Of a stretch of 64,000 bases of DNA, positions 43,304-53,107 are shown piece by piece. Within the stretch, counting starts at the first letter, position 1. Each line of letters opens with the position of its first letter. Source of the stretch: Alphaproteobacteria bacterium (GTDB lineage: Bacteria; Pseudomonadota; Alphaproteobacteria; Micropepsales; Micropepsaceae); contig JAXMEA010000014.1 of the NCBI GenBank assembly GCA_046348525.1, positions 678 through 64,677 of the forward strand. Reading direction: 5' to 3'. The translations under genes were made by a program, and so were the position numbers. The notes under the pieces were generated by a model, which was given only the letters and a program-made list of their open reading frames with translations, did no database searches and had not been told where the DNA came from.

Positions 43304-45667
43304 CTAAAACAGCCGTTTTAAAGTGACTTTCCAGAAACGCCCCACGCCGGGAAGCGCGCTGAGATTGGCATAGGTGTCGGCGCCGGGGGTGAAATACCGC
43401 TCGTCGCCCAGGTTGTTCACATTCACATCGCCTTCCCACACATCCCATTGGACAAAGCCGCTGGCGTTCAAGGTGACATAGGACGGAAACACGATGGGAT
43501 TGGGCACAGTCTGCTGGGTGTGGCCGACATAGGTGCCGCCGAACGTGCCGCCCCACACGCCCCAGGATTGGCGATCGCTGGTCCAGGTCAGATAGGGACT
43601 GATCACCGCATGGGGCACCAGGCTGTCTTCATAGTCGCCGCCGCGTCCCGGCAGGGTGGAGAAGTCGAACACCACATAGGAACCGCCAAAACCATTCTGG
43701 AGCGTCACGCCATAGCTGCGCGCCGGAACGTACGAGAAGCTTTTGTCCGGCCCCTTGATGGTGGTGTGCTGCAGCGAGCCCGCCAGGGTCAAGCTGAGGT
43801 TTGGAGTGGCGACATAGCGCAATTCCAGCTCGGCGCCCTTGGCGCGGGTGCCGCGCACGGCGGTGACGCCGCCGCCCTGTACCAGCTGGGTCCGGTTCTG
43901 GACGTACCAGTCCAGGCTACCCTGCAGGTGATCGTCCAGGGCGGTGAACTTCACGCCGGCTTCATTGAGGAAGCTGTCCGACAACCAGCCGCCGCCGGTC
44001 AGCAGGCTGGTGGAAACCTGTGACGCCTGGCCGATCTCCAGGGCCGAGGATTTGGCAGTGGTGACATAGGGCACCAGCCCCCAAGGGGTCTTGTAGGACA
44101 GCGAAACAGAATAGGTGAAACGCCCGTCATGGCCGCGGCCCGCGCCGGGTTCATAGGCCAGCACGCCAGCGTCCACCGAATGCACGGTGTAATCGTCGTA
44201 GCGGCCGCCAAGGGTCAGGTCGATACTGTCATCGAAAGTCAGGCCGCTGGTGACGAACACGCCGGCATCGGTGCTGTTGGTGCGGACATCGTTTTCCCAG
44301 CCAAGACCGACCGTACCGGGCGGATCGATATTGAACGGCGAGTCGATGATGTCGTTGGCGGCCGGACCTGCGGAGATATCGCGCCGATCCAGGGCGATGA
44401 CGCCACTGTTGAAGCTCTCTTTGCCAATGGCGTGGACATAACGGTACGAGCCGCCCGCCACGGTCTGGGTTTTCAGCCGGCCGAAGTCACGCTTGAGGTC
44501 ATAACGCAGCCGCGCTTCGCCAATCTGGGTGCGGTAGGAACCAGGGAAGCCGTAGGAGACAAAACGGTCATTCTCCAGCGTGTCGCCGAACAGTTGCAGG
44601 CGCAGCACCTGGCCGTCACCCAGATCGTTTGCCGCTTCCAGCACGGCGGTGTGTGTGCTGGTGTTCGAAAAATCCACGCCCCTGGCGATGTATGCGGTGC
44701 GGGGATCCAGGGTGGTGGTGCCCAGGCCAGTGTCCAGCTTGTGCGCCGCGTCGTTGCAGCCGGCACAGGCCAACGCCACGAATTTGGGATCGAAGAAATA
44801 GGGATTGCCCCCCAGCTCGTTCAGGGTCAGCCGGCCATTGCCGTCGGCATCCTTCAGCGAGGTGTTGCGGCCGGTGATGTAGGTTCCGTTGTCGATCAGC
44901 GCCTGGGTCAGGCGGTTCCAGCCCGGCGTCTGCACATCGCCATTGGAATGGTAATACATATAGTCGGCGGCGAAGGACCAGATGCCATTGGACTGGTTGG
45001 CGGACAGTTCGATCAGCTGGTGGCTGGGATGGATGCCCCGATAGAAGCTGTAGCTGTCATCCACCTCGCCATAGGCATGGATGCCGCCGCCGAAATCCCC
45101 GATCACCACCGGCGCGCTGACTTGGGCCGTCGCGTTGCGTTTGGAATAGCTGCCATAGGTGACCGTGACTTCGCCGCCCAGGGCGTCGCTGGCGGCGGTG
45201 GCCTTGGGGATGAAGTTGACCAGGCCGCCCACCTTGCCCGCGCCATAGATGGGCGACGGGGGCCCGCGCAGGATTTCTATTCCGGCCGCATCCGAAAGCG
45301 GCGTGGAATAAGTGCCGCGGTTTTCGGCCCGCTTGAAGCCGCGGAAGTAATTCTCCGCCAGGGTCCCGCGCAGCGACACCGCCCCTTCCACCCCGTAATA
45401 GCTGGCGGTGTAGGCCGAAGGCGTGATGGCGGTCAGGTCATTGACACCGGTGATGCCATAACGCGCCACGGTCGTGTCGCTGACCAAAGTCACGGCGCGC
45501 GGGGTTTCGAGTAGCGGCTTGTCCAGGCCAAAGGCGGCGGTGTTGGCGCCGGCGTGCAGCAGATGCACGGGATCGCCGGTCACGGTGACCGACTCCACAT
45601 CTTGCGCCTGCGCCGATACGGCGGTCGCCAGCGTGAGCCCCGCCCAAAGAACCAATCCCCTTGTCAT
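43304..45667 (-). CDS. TonB-dependent receptor
   Basis: TonB box ESVTVTG, plug ETPRAVT..IEILRGP, NNLGDERY, C-terminal Phe. Confidence 0.93.
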   Translation of the reverse strand: MTRGLVLWAGLTLATAVSAQAQDVESVTVTGDPVHLLHAGANTAAFGLDKPLLETPRAVTLVSDTTVARYGITGVNDLTAITPSAYTASYYGVEGAVSLRGTLAENYFRGFKRAENRGTYSTPLSDAAGIEILRGPPSPIYGAGKVGGLVNFIPKATAASDALGGEVTVTYGSYSKRNATAQVSAPVVIGDFGGGIHAYGEVDDSYSFYRGIHPSHQLIELSANQSNGIWSFAADYMYYHSNGDVQTPGWNRLTQALIDNGTYITGRNTSLKDADGNGRLTLNELGGNPYFFDPKFVALACAGCNDAAHKLDTGLGTTTLDPRTAYIARGVDFSNTSTHTAVLEAANDLGDGQVLRLQLFGDTLENDRFVSYGFPGSYRTQIGEARLRYDLKRDFGRLKTQTVAGGSYRYVHAIGKESFNSGVIALDRRDISAGPAANDIIDSPFNIDPPGTVGLGWENDVRTNSTDAGVFVTSGLTFDDSIDLTLGGRYDDYTVHSVDAGVLAYEPGAGRGHDGRFTYSVSLSYKTPWGLVPYVTTAKSSALEIGQASQVSTSLLTGGGWLSDSFLNEAGVKFTALDDHLQGSLDWYVQNRTQLVQGGGVTAVRGTRAKGAELELRYVATPNLSLTLAGSLQHTTIKGPDKSFSYVPARSYGVTLQNGFGGSYVVFDFSTLPGRGGDYEDSLVPHAVISPYLTWTSDRQSWGVWGGTFGGTYVGHTQQTVPNPIVFPSYVTLNASGFVQWDVWEGDVNVNNLGDERYFTPGADTYANLSALPGVGRFWKVTLKRLF

Positions 45668-45714
45668 GCCGCGTACATAGTCATTCCTGCCGAAATGCCA
45701 TGTAACATTTTACG

Positions 45715-45733
45715 TCACTTGTGCAACAAGTGA
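45715..45733. promoter_or_regulatory. palindromic operator candidate upstream of the TonB receptor
   Basis: TCACTTGT-GCA-ACAAGTGA perfect 8-bp inverted repeat in an AT-rich spacer. Confidence 0.6.
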
Positions 45734-45769
45734 TATTTGTAGCCTCTCATTTTTGTTAGTGTATTGTTT

Positions 45770-46315
45770 CTAAAGGTATTTATTCCAGATCGCCGTAAGG
45801 CTGGCGCTTGGGGACAGGGCTGCCCCGCTTAATTCCAAGGCTTTCAGGGCGCCGGTGTGCAGGTCCGTGTCATAGGCGGCGCAGGCATCGGGGACTATGA
45901 CGACGGCAAAGCCCTCTTCAAAAGCCGACCAGGCGGAGGACGCCACACAGCATTCGGTGGTCAGGCCAGCCAGCACGACGGTGTCGATGCCGCGCTCCCG
46001 CAGCACCTCGCCCAGGCCGGTGCGGGCAAAGGCGCTATAGCGGGTCTTGGACACGACGATGTCGCCGGCTTGCGGCTTGGGCCCAATGAAGGCGGCGCCC
46101 GGCGTGGCCTCGACGCACAGATTGTGTTCGCCGGGCCGGCTGGTGAGACCGACAAAAACAACTTTGACCTTGGCGGCCCGCGCCGCCGCCACCAGCTGTT
46201 CGCACATCTTCACCGCCGCCTGCGGCGCGGTCATGTCCTTGCCCTGGCGGGCCATCTCGCCATCGGGGCTACCGAAGTCCACCTGGCAATCGATCACCAG
46301 CAGCGCCGTGGTCAT
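45770..46315 (-). CDS. isochorismatase/cysteine hydrolase, RutB-like
   Basis: LLVIDCQ, KTRYSAF, GLTTECCV catalytic triad pattern. Confidence 0.85.
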   Translation of the reverse strand: MTTALLVIDCQVDFGSPDGEMARQGKDMTAPQAAVKMCEQLVAAARAAKVKVVFVGLTSRPGEHNLCVEATPGAAFIGPKPQAGDIVVSKTRYSAFARTGLGEVLRERGIDTVVLAGLTTECCVASSAWSAFEEGFAVVIVPDACAAYDTDLHTGALKALELSGAALSPSASLTAIWNKYL

Positions 46316-47343
46316 GCGAAGGCCTTGCGCAAAGCGGGAAGAATTTTGCGCCCGGTAACACGCAGGCCTTCCGCATAGTCATCGAAGATGAACATCAGCC
46401 CGTCGATCTCACAGTCGCGCAAGAAGGCTTCGATCTTGGCGGCGCATGTGGCGGGTGCGCCAATCGCCGTCTGGGTCATGAAGGCGCCCTGCGCCCGCGC
46501 CGTCATGGCGTTGCCTTCGACACCATAGCTTTGCAGCATGCCCAGCACCGCGCCCTCGTCCAGGCCATCTTTATACTTTTGCGCGCGGGCTTCGGCCTCG
46601 GCATCCGTCGGGGCGGCGATGACAGTCATCATGCAATAAGTGCGGATGGTCTTGCCCAGATCCTTCGCCAGCGTCTTGGCGCGCAATGAAGCCTCGCGGA
46701 TTTCCGCTTCGTTGCGGCCGCCGATGAAACAGCCATCCGCCTCGCGCACCGAGAATTCGAAGCCGCGTTTGGACTGGCCGGCGCAGATCAGGAAAGGCGG
46801 GTGCAGCGGCTTGGGTTCGCTGACGCAATCGGTGAAATCGAAATGCCTGCCTTTGAAGGTAACACTGGGCTCGGTCCAAAGCCGCTTGACGATCTGGGTC
46901 CATTCTTCGGTCAGGTCGTAGCGCGCATCATGGTCGAGCGAGGTATCCCAGGCATCCATCTGCTCGAACTCGCCGCGATAGGCGCCGGCCACGATGTTGA
47001 GCCCGGCGCGGCCGCCACTGATGTGGTCCAGCGTGGCGATCATCTTCGCCGCCACTGCCGGATTGTGCAGGATGGCATGCAGGGTCGCCCACACTTTCAC
47101 CCGTTTGGTTATGCTGGCGAGCCCCGCACACATGGTGACGGCTTCCAGGCTATGGCCCCAATGACCGGTGTCGCCGCCGAAACCGCGCCACTTGCCCATC
47201 GCCATGATGAAATCCAGCCCCTCGGCTTCCGCGAGCAGCGCAGCGTCCCGGTTCTGCGCCCAGCCACCATCCAGCACCGGCGTGTTGCGGCTGACGATCC
47301 ACCCGCCATTCGCAATGGGCAGGAAGACGCCGAATTCCTTCAT
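46312..47343 (-). CDS. luciferase-like flavin monooxygenase, RutA-like
   Basis: FGVFLPIANGGW, KWRGFGG, ISGGR.GLN, ICAGQS resemble RutA motifs but are divergent. Confidence 0.85.
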   Translation of the reverse strand: MKEFGVFLPIANGGWIVSRNTPVLDGGWAQNRDAALLAEAEGLDFIMAMGKWRGFGGDTGHWGHSLEAVTMCAGLASITKRVKVWATLHAILHNPAVAAKMIATLDHISGGRAGLNIVAGAYRGEFEQMDAWDTSLDHDARYDLTEEWTQIVKRLWTEPSVTFKGRHFDFTDCVSEPKPLHPPFLICAGQSKRGFEFSVREADGCFIGGRNEAEIREASLRAKTLAKDLGKTIRTYCMMTVIAAPTDAEAEARAQKYKDGLDEGAVLGMLQSYGVEGNAMTARAQGAFMTQTAIGAPATCAAKIEAFLRDCEIDGLMFIFDDYAEGLRVTGRKILPALRKAFA

Positions 47344-48548
47344 GTCCCGCTCCGGTGCGGCGGACGCATGCAAGCCACCGCCAACAGGACGATCGCCACG
47401 GCGATGGAAAGCGCGATGAAGAACGGCATGAAACCGCCTGTGTTATCGCGTGTCAGTCCCGCCAAAGTGGGTGCCACCGCGCCGGTGGTGGCGATCAGGT
47501 TGACGGTTGAGAACAGCTCCAGATAGGGCCCGCGGCCGAAATAATCCAAAAGCAGGATGGTGGCCGCAAAAAAGGTCAGGCCATAACCGATGCCGATGCC
47601 CGCGGCATAGACCAGCATCATGGGGGTGTCGCGCGCCACGCCCAGCGCGAGCAGGCCCATGATCAAAAAGCCCAACGACACCACCAGCAACCATTTGGCA
47701 TTGATGAAGCGGGCCAGAATGCCGCCGGCCAGCCGCGCGGCGGAATTGAGCAGGCCTTCGACACTGAGCATCGAGATGGCGATGGCCATCGCCACGCCAT
47801 GCTGGGTCAGATGCGCCACCGACACGGTGTTGGCGGTGATGCCGCAGAACAGGAAAGCGGCATAGGCCGCGGCGATAATCCAGAACTGGCGGGTTTGCAG
47901 CGCGTCGCGCAAAGTCCAGCTTTCGGTGGAAATGTCGGGATCTTCTTCGGCTTCGACGGCGACATTGGTCCTGCTGTCCACCAGCAGCGCCGCCGCGATG
48001 CCGGTCAGCACCACCAGGGTACCCGCCACCATCCAGTATTCGCGCCAGCCCGCGCCTCCGCCCACGTGATGGCCGGTGACGACCAGGAATAGCAGCGGTC
48101 CGGCCACGCCACCCAGGCCGCCGACGGTGAAAAACAGGCCGATGGAAAAGGACGGCCGCGCGAACAGGCGCGACAACAGATACGTGCCCGGCACCGAATC
48201 CAGCAGGGTGAAGCCCAAGCCGGCCAGCGAGGCGCCGGCGAAATACATGACAAGTCCGTCGGTGCGCGCCAGCGCCAGGAAGGCCAGCCCCATCACCACC
48301 GATCCCGCCAGAAGACAGGCGCGCACGCCCAGCCGGCGGATGATGGTGGCGGGCACGGCGCTGGTGATGCCGTTGAAAAGGCCGAGCAGGCCAAAGCCTG
48401 TGCCAGCCTCGGTCCAGCTCCAATGCAGTTCGGCGACCATGGCGGGCAAAGCCAGGCCCAGCGAGGCATAGGTGGTGGCGGTGATGATGAAGAACAGGGC
48501 GCTCATCAGGCCCAGCGTCAACCAGGCGCGCCCGCCGGTGCCGCTCAC
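47340..48548 (-). CDS. MFS transporter
   Basis: About 12 TM segments; IRRLGVR loop motif. Confidence 0.9.
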   Translation of the reverse strand: MSGTGGRAWLTLGLMSALFFIITATTYASLGLALPAMVAELHWSWTEAGTGFGLLGLFNGITSAVPATIIRRLGVRACLLAGSVVMGLAFLALARTDGLVMYFAGASLAGLGFTLLDSVPGTYLLSRLFARPSFSIGLFFTVGGLGGVAGPLLFLVVTGHHVGGGAGWREYWMVAGTLVVLTGIAAALLVDSRTNVAVEAEEDPDISTESWTLRDALQTRQFWIIAAAYAAFLFCGITANTVSVAHLTQHGVAMAIAISMLSVEGLLNSAARLAGGILARFINAKWLLVVSLGFLIMGLLALGVARDTPMMLVYAAGIGIGYGLTFFAATILLLDYFGRGPYLELFSTVNLIATTGAVAPTLAGLTRDNTGGFMPFFIALSIAVAIVLLAVACMRPPHRSGT

Positions 48549-48551
48549 GCC

Positions 48552-49244
48552 TCAGCGCCCTTCCAGGGTGCGTTTCATTTCCGCGGGAAAATCGCCCAGC
48601 ACCTTCAGCATCTCGGCGCGGGCATGTTCCACATTGCGGCTGGCGATGGCGTCGGCCAACGCGCGGTGCTCATTCAGGGCGGCGATACCGTCATCGCTGG
48701 ACGGCCCGCGCATGGCGTAAAGCCAGTAACGCGCGGTCTGGTGATGCAACGTCACCACCATCTTGGCCAGCGCCCGGTTGTGGCTGGCGGTGGCGACGGC
48801 GACATGAAACGCTTCGTCCATGGCTGCCAGCGCGGCCTGGTCATTGTCATGCACGGCAGCTTCGCCATCTTCGAGCGTCGCGCGGATTGCGGCAATTTCG
48901 GCATCGCTGGCATGCTGTGCGGCCAGACCCGCGCAATGCACTTCGATCAGGCAGCGCGCCTCAAAGGCTTCGCGGGCGCCCATCAGGTCCAGCGGCGCCA
49001 CCGAGGTGCCGACCCGGGCGCGGCGCACCACCAGGCCTTCCAGCGCCAGCCGTGCCAGGGCTTCGCGGATGCCGGCCAGCCCGCCGCCATAACGGCGCGC
49101 CAGCAGGTTTTCGTCCAGCTGCTCGCCGGGGGCCAGGGCGCCGATAATGATGTCGACCAGGATGCGCTGGTACAGGCGCGACTTCAAAAGCCGCGGCGAC
49201 CATTCGTCCAGCCGTGCACCTTCTTTTTCCCGGGGATTTGCCAT
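48552..49244 (-). CDS. GntR family (FCD) transcriptional regulator
   Basis: LAPGEQLDE, IREALARL; FCD motifs DEAFH, N.AL, EH.AL. Confidence 0.92.
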   Translation of the reverse strand: MANPREKEGARLDEWSPRLLKSRLYQRILVDIIIGALAPGEQLDENLLARRYGGGLAGIREALARLALEGLVVRRARVGTSVAPLDLMGAREAFEARCLIEVHCAGLAAQHASDAEIAAIRATLEDGEAAVHDNDQAALAAMDEAFHVAVATASHNRALAKMVVTLHHQTARYWLYAMRGPSSDDGIAALNEHRALADAIASRNVEHARAEMLKVLGDFPAEMKRTLEGR

Positions 49245-49318
49245 GCCCTACCTTCCGGGTGGGACAATGGGGATGGCCCCCGCGAATGGCAAGGGGTGAG
49301 GCGCATCCCGCGTAGCGG

Positions 49319-49348
49319 GTGAGCAGGTCCAGTGGACCTGCGAAAGCG
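49319..49348 (+). repeat. short dispersed palindromic repeat, copy 2
   Basis: GTGAGCAGGTCCAGTGGACCTGCGAAAGCG with GCAGGTCC-AGT-GGACCTGC core. Confidence 0.75.
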
Positions 49349-49424
49349 CCGAACGCCGCAGCGGCGTGCGTCCAAGCGCGCCGCGAGGCCGGGACGCCGC
49401 CCGCGCGAGCGAGCGGCGAGCCGC

Positions 49425-50342
49425 CTAGACGAAATTTATCTCAAAAACATAGCCGGCACTGGGGCTTCCGGTGCCTTCGAAGCCTGGCGGACCCACCCCG
49501 GCGTCACAGGAAATCAGCTTGCCATTGTGCATGGCCAGGCCGTGGGCGTCGGCGGTGCCGTCCTCAAACTCCGCGGTTTCCAGCAGCTGGCCGGTGGTGG
49601 CCGAATACTTCATCAGGCCGCAAGTGGTGGTGTGGTGCAGCTTGCCGTTCTGCATGACGTAGCGGTTGATGTCGGACGAGCCGGTCACCATCCAGATGGC
49701 GCCGCCGGGCACACCATCGTCCCAGGCGATGCCGTGCCAGCGCGCGGTGGTGATGGGGATCATGAATTCCGGCTGCCAGGTCCTGGGGTCCACCCGCAGG
49801 ATACCCTTGATGCGGTTGGCCACGATCCACAGCTTGCCGGCATGGAACATCAGGCCGTGGCAGCCGCCGCCATTGTCGGCCGGGCCAAGCGGAATCTGAC
49901 GATGGCTGACGGTGCGCCCGTCCATGTCCACTTCATACACGCCCTCGGGTCCGCCATTGGCGCCCATCCAGACATGGCCATTGCCGAAGGCAAGACCGGA
50001 GGTGTTGTAGGAGTCGGTCATCACCGTCTTGAGCTTCTTGCCGTTCCAGTCGAACAGCCAGGCGGCTTCCTTCTCGTGCTTGCCGCTCTGGCCATAGCCG
50101 CCGGCTTTCTGTTCGCACACCCATACGCCCTCGGGCACGACCGCGACGCCGTTGGGATAGCCGTCCGGCACCTTGAACAGGTTGCGCGTTGTCACTTTTC
50201 GGTGCGGCACGTCCTTGCGTTTGGTTGGCGCCACCGCCCCCAGATCCTTGCCCTTGGGATAGTCCTGCGCCGCGGCGCTGGTGATGGCCATGCCAAGCCC
50301 GGCCCCAAGCCCAACCATGAATTCGCGCTTTCTCATTCTCAT
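49425..50342 (-). CDS. exported beta-propeller-like hypothetical protein (Tat-like signal)
   Basis: MRKREFMVG signal; repeated NG/SG/HG-[LI]-x-[FW]-xxG-x-[LV]-W blades. Confidence 0.7.
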   Translation of the reverse strand: MRMRKREFMVGLGAGLGMAITSAAAQDYPKGKDLGAVAPTKRKDVPHRKVTTRNLFKVPDGYPNGVAVVPEGVWVCEQKAGGYGQSGKHEKEAAWLFDWNGKKLKTVMTDSYNTSGLAFGNGHVWMGANGGPEGVYEVDMDGRTVSHRQIPLGPADNGGGCHGLMFHAGKLWIVANRIKGILRVDPRTWQPEFMIPITTARWHGIAWDDGVPGGAIWMVTGSSDINRYVMQNGKLHHTTTCGLMKYSATTGQLLETAEFEDGTADAHGLAMHNGKLISCDAGVGPPGFEGTGSPSAGYVFEINFV

Positions 50343-50406
50343 CTCCCCAAAATAAAAGGGCGCCCACCAATGGTGAGCGCCCTAGTCTGTTGTTAACGGT
50401 CCATCA

Positions 50407-52332
50407 TCAGTTGGGCAGCGCGAAGGCCACCAGCTGATCCGACAGGCGCGGCGTCAGGATGCCGTTGCCGCCGGCGGCGAACGCCACATACTGCTTGCCC
50501 TTGTAGGTATAGATGGCGGGCTGTGCCACGGCTGGCGCATCCACGATGTGCTTCCACAACACATTGCCGGTCTTCAGGTCGATGGCGCGAACTCTGGAGT
50601 CCATCGAAGCGCCGATGAAGATCAGGCCGCCCTTGGTGATGGCCGGCGCGCCGATGGTGATCGAGCCCCAGCTTTCGGGCATGTAGAAGCCCCACTTCTG
50701 GACCTGGCCGACGGGCTTCCTCCACAGCAGCTTGCCGCTGTTCATGTCATAGCTGGACATGATGCCGTAAGGCGGCGCCCAGCAGGGCATGCCCCACATG
50801 TTCAGGAAGTTCTCCAGCTTGAAGCCGTAGGGCGAACCCTGCTGCGCGGCATAGCCGTCCCGGGCCCGAAGCGCGTTGCCGTATTTCTTGTCGGCATCGG
50901 CACGCGGCACCAGGCTGTAGATCTGCGGCACGATGTTGGAGTTCACCACGTAAGTATTGGTGGTGGGATCCAGCGCACCGCCGCCCCATTCCGCGCCGCC
51001 AAGGGTCGCGGGCCAGGAGATCGAACCGCGCACCGACGGCGGCGTATAACGGCCTTCGTCGCGGATGCGGGCTTTCCAGCGGCTGCATTCCCCGAAGCTG
51101 AGAACATCCGCCAGCATCGAGACCGGCGGCATGTGTTCGGCCACCAAGGGTTCCGGATACGGCACAAAGGGCTGGGTCTTGGAGGCAACCTCGCCCTTGA
51201 TGTCGGAAGCCGGATAGGCCTTTTCGACGATTGGCCAGACCGGCTCGCCGGTATTGCGGTTGAGCACGACCATCAGGCCCATCTTGTTGGCCTGGATCAG
51301 CGCCGGGATGACCTGGCCATCCTTCTTGATGTCGACCAGGGTGGGCGCGGAATTGATGTCCACGTCCCAGATGTCGTGGTGCACCAGCTGGCGCGCCCAC
51401 TTTACTTCGCCCGTGTCGGCATTCACCGCCACGGTGGCGGTGGCATAAGGCATCTCCTTCAGACGGTCGCCGCCGTAATAGTTCGGGCTGGGCGAGGACG
51501 TCGGCAGGAAAGCCAGGCCCGTTTCCGGGTCGACCGAGATGCCGGCCCAGACATTGGCGGTGCCCGTCTGGTTCATCATGTCATCGGGAATGATGTTGAA
51601 TGTCCATTTCAGCGCGCCGGTGCGCGCGTCGATGCCATAAACGGTGCCGGGATTCTCGGTCTTGTAGACCCAGTCATTGCCGGCCCAGCCCAGGATCAGC
51701 GTGTCCTTGTAGACGGCCGGCGGCTGGATCAGCCCGATCTTCCACTTGCTGTTCTTGGTGGCCCAGGCATTGACGTCGACCACGCCATTCTTGCCGAACC
51801 CCGCGCAGGGCTTGCCGCTGTCGGCATCCACGCCGTGCAGCTCGCCCGTCATGGTGCCGATATAGACCATCTTCTGGCAGGTGCCGGCGGTGGGCTGGGA
51901 CGAAGCCCAATAGGCGACACCGCGATTCTTCAGGCCCTGGTTCTCGTCGCCCTTGTTGCCGTTGGCGGCGTATTTCCACTTCATCTTGCCGGTGTCGGGT
52001 TCGACCGCGAAGATGCTGTATTTGGGCGTGCCGATATAAACGGTGTCATTCACGAACAGGGGCGTGGCGCCCCAGGTGGTGGAATGGGCGCCGCTGGACA
52101 CGTCGCCGGTGTGGAATTCCCACGCCTGCTTCAGGTTCTTGACGTTGTCGGGCGTGATCTGGGTGGCGGTGGAATATTTCTGCGCCTGCTGGTTGCCGCC
52201 GAACGCATCCCATACCTGGGGCGGATCGTTGTTGGGCCCCTGGGCAGTGGCATGCTCCATGGGCAGCAGGGTGACGGCGGCGCAGGCGGCCGCAAGGCTC
52301 ATCGCGCCAAGGACGAATGTCTTAATCTTCAT
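50407..52332 (-). CDS. PQQ-dependent sugar/polyol dehydrogenase, large subunit (glucose/quinate family; start may be 52344)
   Basis: Signal peptide; QITPDNV, ATPL, NVW, QLVHHDIWDVD, GGAEWGG, PCWAPPYG. Confidence 0.9.
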   Translation of the reverse strand: MKIKTFVLGAMSLAAACAAVTLLPMEHATAQGPNNDPPQVWDAFGGNQQAQKYSTATQITPDNVKNLKQAWEFHTGDVSSGAHSTTWGATPLFVNDTVYIGTPKYSIFAVEPDTGKMKWKYAANGNKGDENQGLKNRGVAYWASSQPTAGTCQKMVYIGTMTGELHGVDADSGKPCAGFGKNGVVDVNAWATKNSKWKIGLIQPPAVYKDTLILGWAGNDWVYKTENPGTVYGIDARTGALKWTFNIIPDDMMNQTGTANVWAGISVDPETGLAFLPTSSPSPNYYGGDRLKEMPYATATVAVNADTGEVKWARQLVHHDIWDVDINSAPTLVDIKKDGQVIPALIQANKMGLMVVLNRNTGEPVWPIVEKAYPASDIKGEVASKTQPFVPYPEPLVAEHMPPVSMLADVLSFGECSRWKARIRDEGRYTPPSVRGSISWPATLGGAEWGGGALDPTTNTYVVNSNIVPQIYSLVPRADADKKYGNALRARDGYAAQQGSPYGFKLENFLNMWGMPCWAPPYGIMSSYDMNSGKLLWRKPVGQVQKWGFYMPESWGSITIGAPAITKGGLIFIGASMDSRVRAIDLKTGNVLWKHIVDAPAVAQPAIYTYKGKQYVAFAAGGNGILTPRLSDQLVAFALPN

Positions 52333-52708
52333 CTTCGACCTCATCGATCTCGATACTGCGTTCGGCGGCATCGCCGATCACGTTGATAAGCCAGCCGATC
52401 AGGGCCAGCGCCTGGGCGGCCATGATGACCGGGCTTTCCAGGAAATAGCCGGCGACGGACGAACCGATGATGTCCAGCAGGATGGAGATCACCAGGAAGC
52501 CCTGCAGGAAGCGGCCACGATTGGGGACCATGCCCAGCGCCAGCGCGGCCAGCAGCATCAGCAGCCCCGCGCACGCCACCAGGATCACGCCGCCGGTGCC
52601 GATCAGGCCGGTTTTGGGCGTGTAATAGTCATAGACGCATATGGCCATGGTGATCAGTGCTGCCAGCATGATCAGCCACGCGCCGCGCGTGGAATGTCTT
52701 TGAGTCAA
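52322..52708 (-). CDS. small 4-TM membrane protein, probable partner of the PQQ dehydrogenase
   Basis: 128 aa, four hydrophobic helices; its stop overlaps the dehydrogenase start. Confidence 0.75.
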   Translation of the reverse strand: MTQRHSTRGAWLIMLAALITMAICVYDYYTPKTGLIGTGGVILVACAGLLMLLAALALGMVPNRGRFLQGFLVISILLDIIGSSVAGYFLESPVIMAAQALALIGWLINVIGDAAERSIEIDEVEDED

Positions 52709-52801
52709 AGGCCCCTCCCCAATGAACGGTGCTTATTTTGCGCGATCCTAGCGGGGTTTGTGCCGGACGCAAAACCGGCACTCTTCGCAGTGCAGCAAAT
52801 T

Positions 52802-53074
52802 TTAGCCATGCTTTTCAGTAGGTTTTCTGAGATCAAGCCCGCACTTGCCGCACTTCCCTGGGGCAAACGCATTCCATAATTCCCAGTTTGTCATCTTACC
52901 GACAGGCTTCGCGCAACTGGGGCATTTGATAGACATCGAATAAATGCCGATTGCCAATACTTCTCCGAAAAGCAACGGAAGGGCCCAAAATGTACCCTCC
53001 AAGAGAAAGAATGTGGTCAGCCCTATGATTGGCCAAGAAAAAACAACAAAACGATATTTCCATATCGGCCCCAT
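52802..53074 (-). CDS. hypothetical small membrane protein with zinc-ribbon-like C-terminus
   Basis: Two TM segments then CPSC...CGKC; visibly lower GC than its neighbours. Confidence 0.6.
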   Translation of the reverse strand: MGPIWKYRFVVFSWPIIGLTTFFLLEGTFWALPLLFGEVLAIGIYSMSIKCPSCAKPVGKMTNWELWNAFAPGKCGKCGLDLRKPTEKHG

Positions 53075-53107
53075 AAATCCCCCAGATTGCGGACCGACGG
53101 CACAAGA

